Positions 25,494 to 27,961 of a stretch of DNA of 27,961 bases are shown one piece after another (the first letter of the stretch is position 1; every line of letters begins with the position of its first letter). Location of the stretch: the IMG/VR virus record IMGVR_UViG_3300020045_003684, positions 1 to 27,961 of that record; one strand, 5' to 3'. The translations under genes were made by a program, and so were the position numbers. This DNA comes from a virus (taxonomy: Duplodnaviria > Caudoviricetes). The notes below the pieces were generated by a model. It searched no databases and was not told the origin of the DNA. It saw nothing but the letters and a program-made list of their open reading frames with translations.

Positions 25494-26223
25494 TTTCAAT
25501 ACTCATGATTGCGCGTCCGATAATTTCAGGTATCTGTGGCACAACAGCATTCCCGAGTGCTTTTATTCTATCTCTGTATACCCTGACGGGTATCCCATCA
25601 TCTTTTCTAAAAAGCAGGGATTCACTAGCACTGGGTCGCTCACTGACGACCTCAAAAACTCGTGAAGGTTTTTTCTGTAGGTCGGACTGCCTAAAAATCG
25701 GCTTCTGCAAGCCTGCTTTGCTTGCTGCGCTGCTGGGGTAGGCAATAATCCATATTCTGTCCCGCCTGTGACAGGCCCCAATGTAGGAAGCTGGTATACA
25801 GTGCCATTCCGCATCATACCCGATCTCGGAAACTTCAGATAGAACCTCTGCAAACCACCCCCCCCCGTATCCATTAAGCAGGTTTGTGACGTTCTCAAAG
25901 ACCGCGTACTTAGGTCGAGCGTCCCTAATAATTCTACACATATCGTAGAACAGCCCGGACCTTGCTGCTGATATTCCTGCTTGACTGCCTGCTGACGATA
26001 TATCTTGGCAAGGGAATCCTCCGCAAACAACGTCAACTGATCCTCTGTACTGTGTTCCATCTAAACTCCGTATATCGTCGTGAATTGGTATGTTCGGCCA
26101 GTGCTTTGCCAAAACTTTCTGGCAGAATTTATCCTGCTCACAGAATGCTATCGTTTCCATACCAGCGCGTTCAAGCCCAAGACTAAAGCCGCCAATTCCG
26201 CTGAATAAGTCCAGAACCTTCAC
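25480..26223 (-). CDS. DNA (cytosine-5) methyltransferase, alpha (catalytic) chain
   Basis: Motif I LDLFSGIGG, IV GGFPCQD, VI ENV, VIII HRRDRIWIIA and X IKALGNAVVP; no motif IX in this frame. Confidence 0.92.
   Translation of the reverse strand: MKVLDLFSGIGGFSLGLERAGMETIAFCEQDKFCQKVLAKHWPNIPIHDDIRSLDGTQYRGSVDVVCGGFPCQDISSAGSQAGISAARSGLFYDMCRIIRDARPKYAVFENVTNLLNGYGGGWFAEVLSEVSEIGYDAEWHCIPASYIGACHRRDRIWIIAYPSSAASKAGLQKPIFRQSDLQKKPSRVFEVVSERPSASESLLFRKDDGIPVRVYRDRIKALGNAVVPQIPEIIGRAIMSIENETP
25563..26060 (-). CDS. Nested out-of-frame methyltransferase beta chain carrying motif IX
   Basis: Own SD GGAG (26069-26066) 5 nt before the ATG; LLPTP and C-terminal VNPCFLEKMMGYPSGYT (motif IX-like). Confidence 0.75.
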   Translation of the reverse strand: MEHSTEDQLTLFAEDSLAKIYRQQAVKQEYQQQGPGCSTICVELLGTLDLSTRSLRTSQTCLMDTGGGGLQRFYLKFPRSGMMRNGTVYQLPTLGPVTGGTEYGLLPTPAAQQAKQACRSRFLGSPTYRKNLHEFLRSSVSDPVLVNPCFLEKMMGYPSGYTEIE

Positions 26224-26268
26224 ACAAGCCCTCTCAACATTTCCTTGCCGCTTTGGTTTTTCATACTA

Positions 26269-26403
26269 TTAGCCTCGGCATAGATTTACAATGCCATCCC
26301 GATCTGCCGCAACGGCTGCGGAAATTTGCAAGTCGATCCAGTCGGCAAGACTTACAGGGCTGTAGTATACGATTCTTTTCAAAAACTCATCGCGGTCAAT
26401 CAT
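26269..26403 (-). CDS. 44-aa hypothetical protein (not in ORF track)
   Basis: MIDRDEFLKRIVYYSPVSLADW..., with AGGGGTG RBS. Confidence 0.4.
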   Translation of the reverse strand: MIDRDEFLKRIVYYSPVSLADWIDLQISAAVAADRDGIVNLCRG

Positions 26404-26412
26404 GCTTCACCC

Positions 26413-26580
26413 CTATAAATCAATTTCAACAATTACTAATTTATCTAACAGCTCACGCAGTTTGCGCAAATCATCTGCATTTCTTAATACCAGAAACATT
26501 CCATCTTCTTTTTCGCACAGTGAAATGCCGCTATTTGTAGAAACAGCGCGAAACTCTTTAGGCTTATATTTGGCGACCAT
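26413..26580 (-). CDS. 55-aa hypothetical protein (not in ORF track)
   Basis: MVAKYKPKEFRAV...IVEIDL, with GAGGTG RBS. Confidence 0.5.
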   Translation of the reverse strand: MVAKYKPKEFRAVSTNSGISLCEKEDGMFLVLRNADDLRKLRELLDKLVIVEIDL

Positions 26581-26749
26581 GCTGCACCTCTAAATCATTG
26601 ATTATCTTTTCCAATACCGCCACTAAATCACGCTCCACTTGATCTTTTAGGCATTTTGTTGCAATCCTTACGCTTTCTTCATATTGAGCATCCATCTCTT
26701 TGGTATGCGCAATTCTTTGCCTTCTGATTTCACGCTGTAGGATTGACAT
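26564..26749 (-). CDS. Hypothetical helical protein
   Basis: ORF from MSILQRE, with AGGGGTG RBS. Confidence 0.5.
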   Translation of the reverse strand: MSILQREIRRQRIAHTKEMDAQYEESVRIATKCLKDQVERDLVAVLEKIINDLEVQHGRQI

Positions 26750-26936
26750 TAGCACCCCTAGTCTTAATCAAATACAGCTCAAATAGTCCCGCTGGCATAC
26801 CGTTTACTGCGGCTTCCCATGCCTGCCAAGTTCTGTGCGAAACAAAAACTTTCCTTGCCGCTTCTGGCTGCGTGTGTCCGGCAAGCCTACGAGCGCGCAT
26901 AATCGCTTCCGGTGTTGGCGGCTGGTATTTAGGCAC
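26730..26936 (-). CDS. XRE/Cro-type HTH regulator
   Basis: PTPEAIMRARRLAGHTQPEAARKVFVSHRTWQAWE...MPAGLFELYLIK. Confidence 0.8.
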   Translation of the reverse strand: MPKYQPPTPEAIMRARRLAGHTQPEAARKVFVSHRTWQAWEAAVNGMPAGLFELYLIKTRGANVNPTA

Positions 26937-27549
26937 TTGCCTTACTCCTAATTTCAGTTACCAATTGATTAACTTCTGCGTTGAATTGCACCAGCGCCAC
27001 TTCAAGCGCGGCAATGTATGCTTCGTCTCGCATGATTCGCTGGATGTAAAGATTGAACGGCGCGACTTGCTCAACATCAAAGCTGATAAAGTCCCACCAC
27101 TTGCGACCAGTCACAAACATGCAGCCCTGAACTTGAGCCATGTGATCGTCCGGCATTCCGTTGAGCATGGTTTTTATGTGTGCCTTTTCACCGATCGGGC
27201 ACTTAACTTCTATGCCGCCGTCATCATCCACAAGCCCGTCTGCGCTTGCCCCGATAAACGAGTGAGAAGGGTGCAGCACAAAGCCGACACGCTCCACAAA
27301 CACACCACGCAAAGCCTCGTATGCCGCCACAGCATGATCTTCGCTGACCGTTCCGTGTTCCATTGCGCGGCTTGATTGGCTTCTGTTCGGCTTACCATTT
27401 ACACGCTCCGCTACAAGTTCATACATATACGACTCACGGGCAGCGGTAGGCTTTCCAGCTTTCGTCATATCCATAACATCCTTAAACCGGCTGGCGGTAA
27501 TCTTGCCAGCGCGATCCATGCGCCACTGTTCTGTGCCTTGTTCACTCAT
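26929..27549 (-). CDS. YqaJ/lambda-exonuclease family protein
   Basis: EQGTEQW..RAGKITASRF, AMEHG..E, GASADGLV, IEVKCP, QVQG and WWDFISFD. Confidence 0.92.
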   Translation of the reverse strand: MSEQGTEQWRMDRAGKITASRFKDVMDMTKAGKPTAARESYMYELVAERVNGKPNRSQSSRAMEHGTVSEDHAVAAYEALRGVFVERVGFVLHPSHSFIGASADGLVDDDGGIEVKCPIGEKAHIKTMLNGMPDDHMAQVQGCMFVTGRKWWDFISFDVEQVAPFNLYIQRIMRDEAYIAALEVALVQFNAEVNQLVTEIRSKASA

Positions 27550-27961
27550 TGTCGCCACCTTCTACCAGTGCCGCCTTGCCTGCCTCGATCATTTCTGCAA
27601 CGGCTTGAGCGCGTTCTTTTAAGCCAAGGTTCATTCCAGAAATAGCATTGCGAATGTTTGGGGCTGTTGCCTGCCACGCTTTACCAAGTCCAGCAACATC
27701 GCCGGTTTCTGCCATTGCCTGTAGGTTCAGTTTTGCAGCTTCAAGAACCGCAGGGTCAACCTTTGTCGCCGCATCGTCTGCCGCTTTTTGCGCTGCCGCT
27801 GCCACTGTGTTGCTAACGGTTGGTCTAATTGCATCGCGCAATTCTTCGGGAAAATCCTCAATGTCCTGCGTGAATATGTCACTTGCCGCTGTGACATTAA
27901 GAGTCATTGCGATCATTGCCCGCTTGCACGCCATTTTCAGGATGATGTTCGCAAGGTCTGC
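27542..27961 (-). CDS. C-terminal part of a putative single-strand annealing/recombination protein (starts outside window)
   Basis: Frame open from the edge: ADLANIILKMACKRAMIAMTLNVTAASDIFTQDIED; immediately upstream of the exonuclease. Confidence 0.6.
   Translation of the reverse strand, partial: ADLANIILKMACKRAMIAMTLNVTAASDIFTQDIEDFPEELRDAIRPTVSNTVAAAAQKAADDAATKVDPAVLEAAKLNLQAMAETGDVAGLGKAWQATAPNIRNAISGMNLGLKERAQAVAEMIEAGKAALVEGGDNE

Noticed and set aside
26743-27375. 210-aa + strand ORF
   Set aside because: Antisense to the exonuclease and XRE genes; no recognisable features.
1-27961. CRISPR array, integrase or transposase
   Set aside because: No regularly spaced repeats and no recombinase or transposase motifs seen.

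Overview
Phage DNA that looks like at least two different genomes joined together. Bases 1 to ~3530 are very AT-rich (e.g. 8/60 G+C in line 2461 versus 31/60 in line 5701) and resemble a crAss-like/Bacteroidota phage. They contain the 5' part of a large terminase interrupted by a LAGLIDADG intein (not in the ORF track), a conserved upstream gene, and a family-B DNA polymerase fragment that has no start and carries a foreign C-terminal tail. From ~3530 the sequence is a moderate-GC, BPP-1/T7-virion-like podovirus, probably of a Proteobacterium. On the + strand it encodes a Bbp19-like gene, scaffold, major capsid, two capsid accessory proteins, tail tubular proteins A and B, three internal virion proteins, fibre-like proteins, a holin and an M15 endolysin. 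These converge at ~20600 on a - strand lambdoid-type arm: putative annealase, YqaJ exonuclease, two XRE HTH proteins, a C5 methyltransferase, NinG, tRNA-Pro and tRNA-Leu, DUF3310 and a metallophosphoesterase. The most notable signals are (1) a C5 methyltransferase whose motif IX is on a second gene nested out of frame inside it, (2) a four-hairpin RNA leader before the capsid gene with a duplicated internal-loop motif, (3) multi-stem RNA elements plus CsrA-type sites at 22790-23040, and (4) four copies of one small beta domain inserted into the tail tube proteins. All family assignments are from motif recognition by eye; no searches were run.
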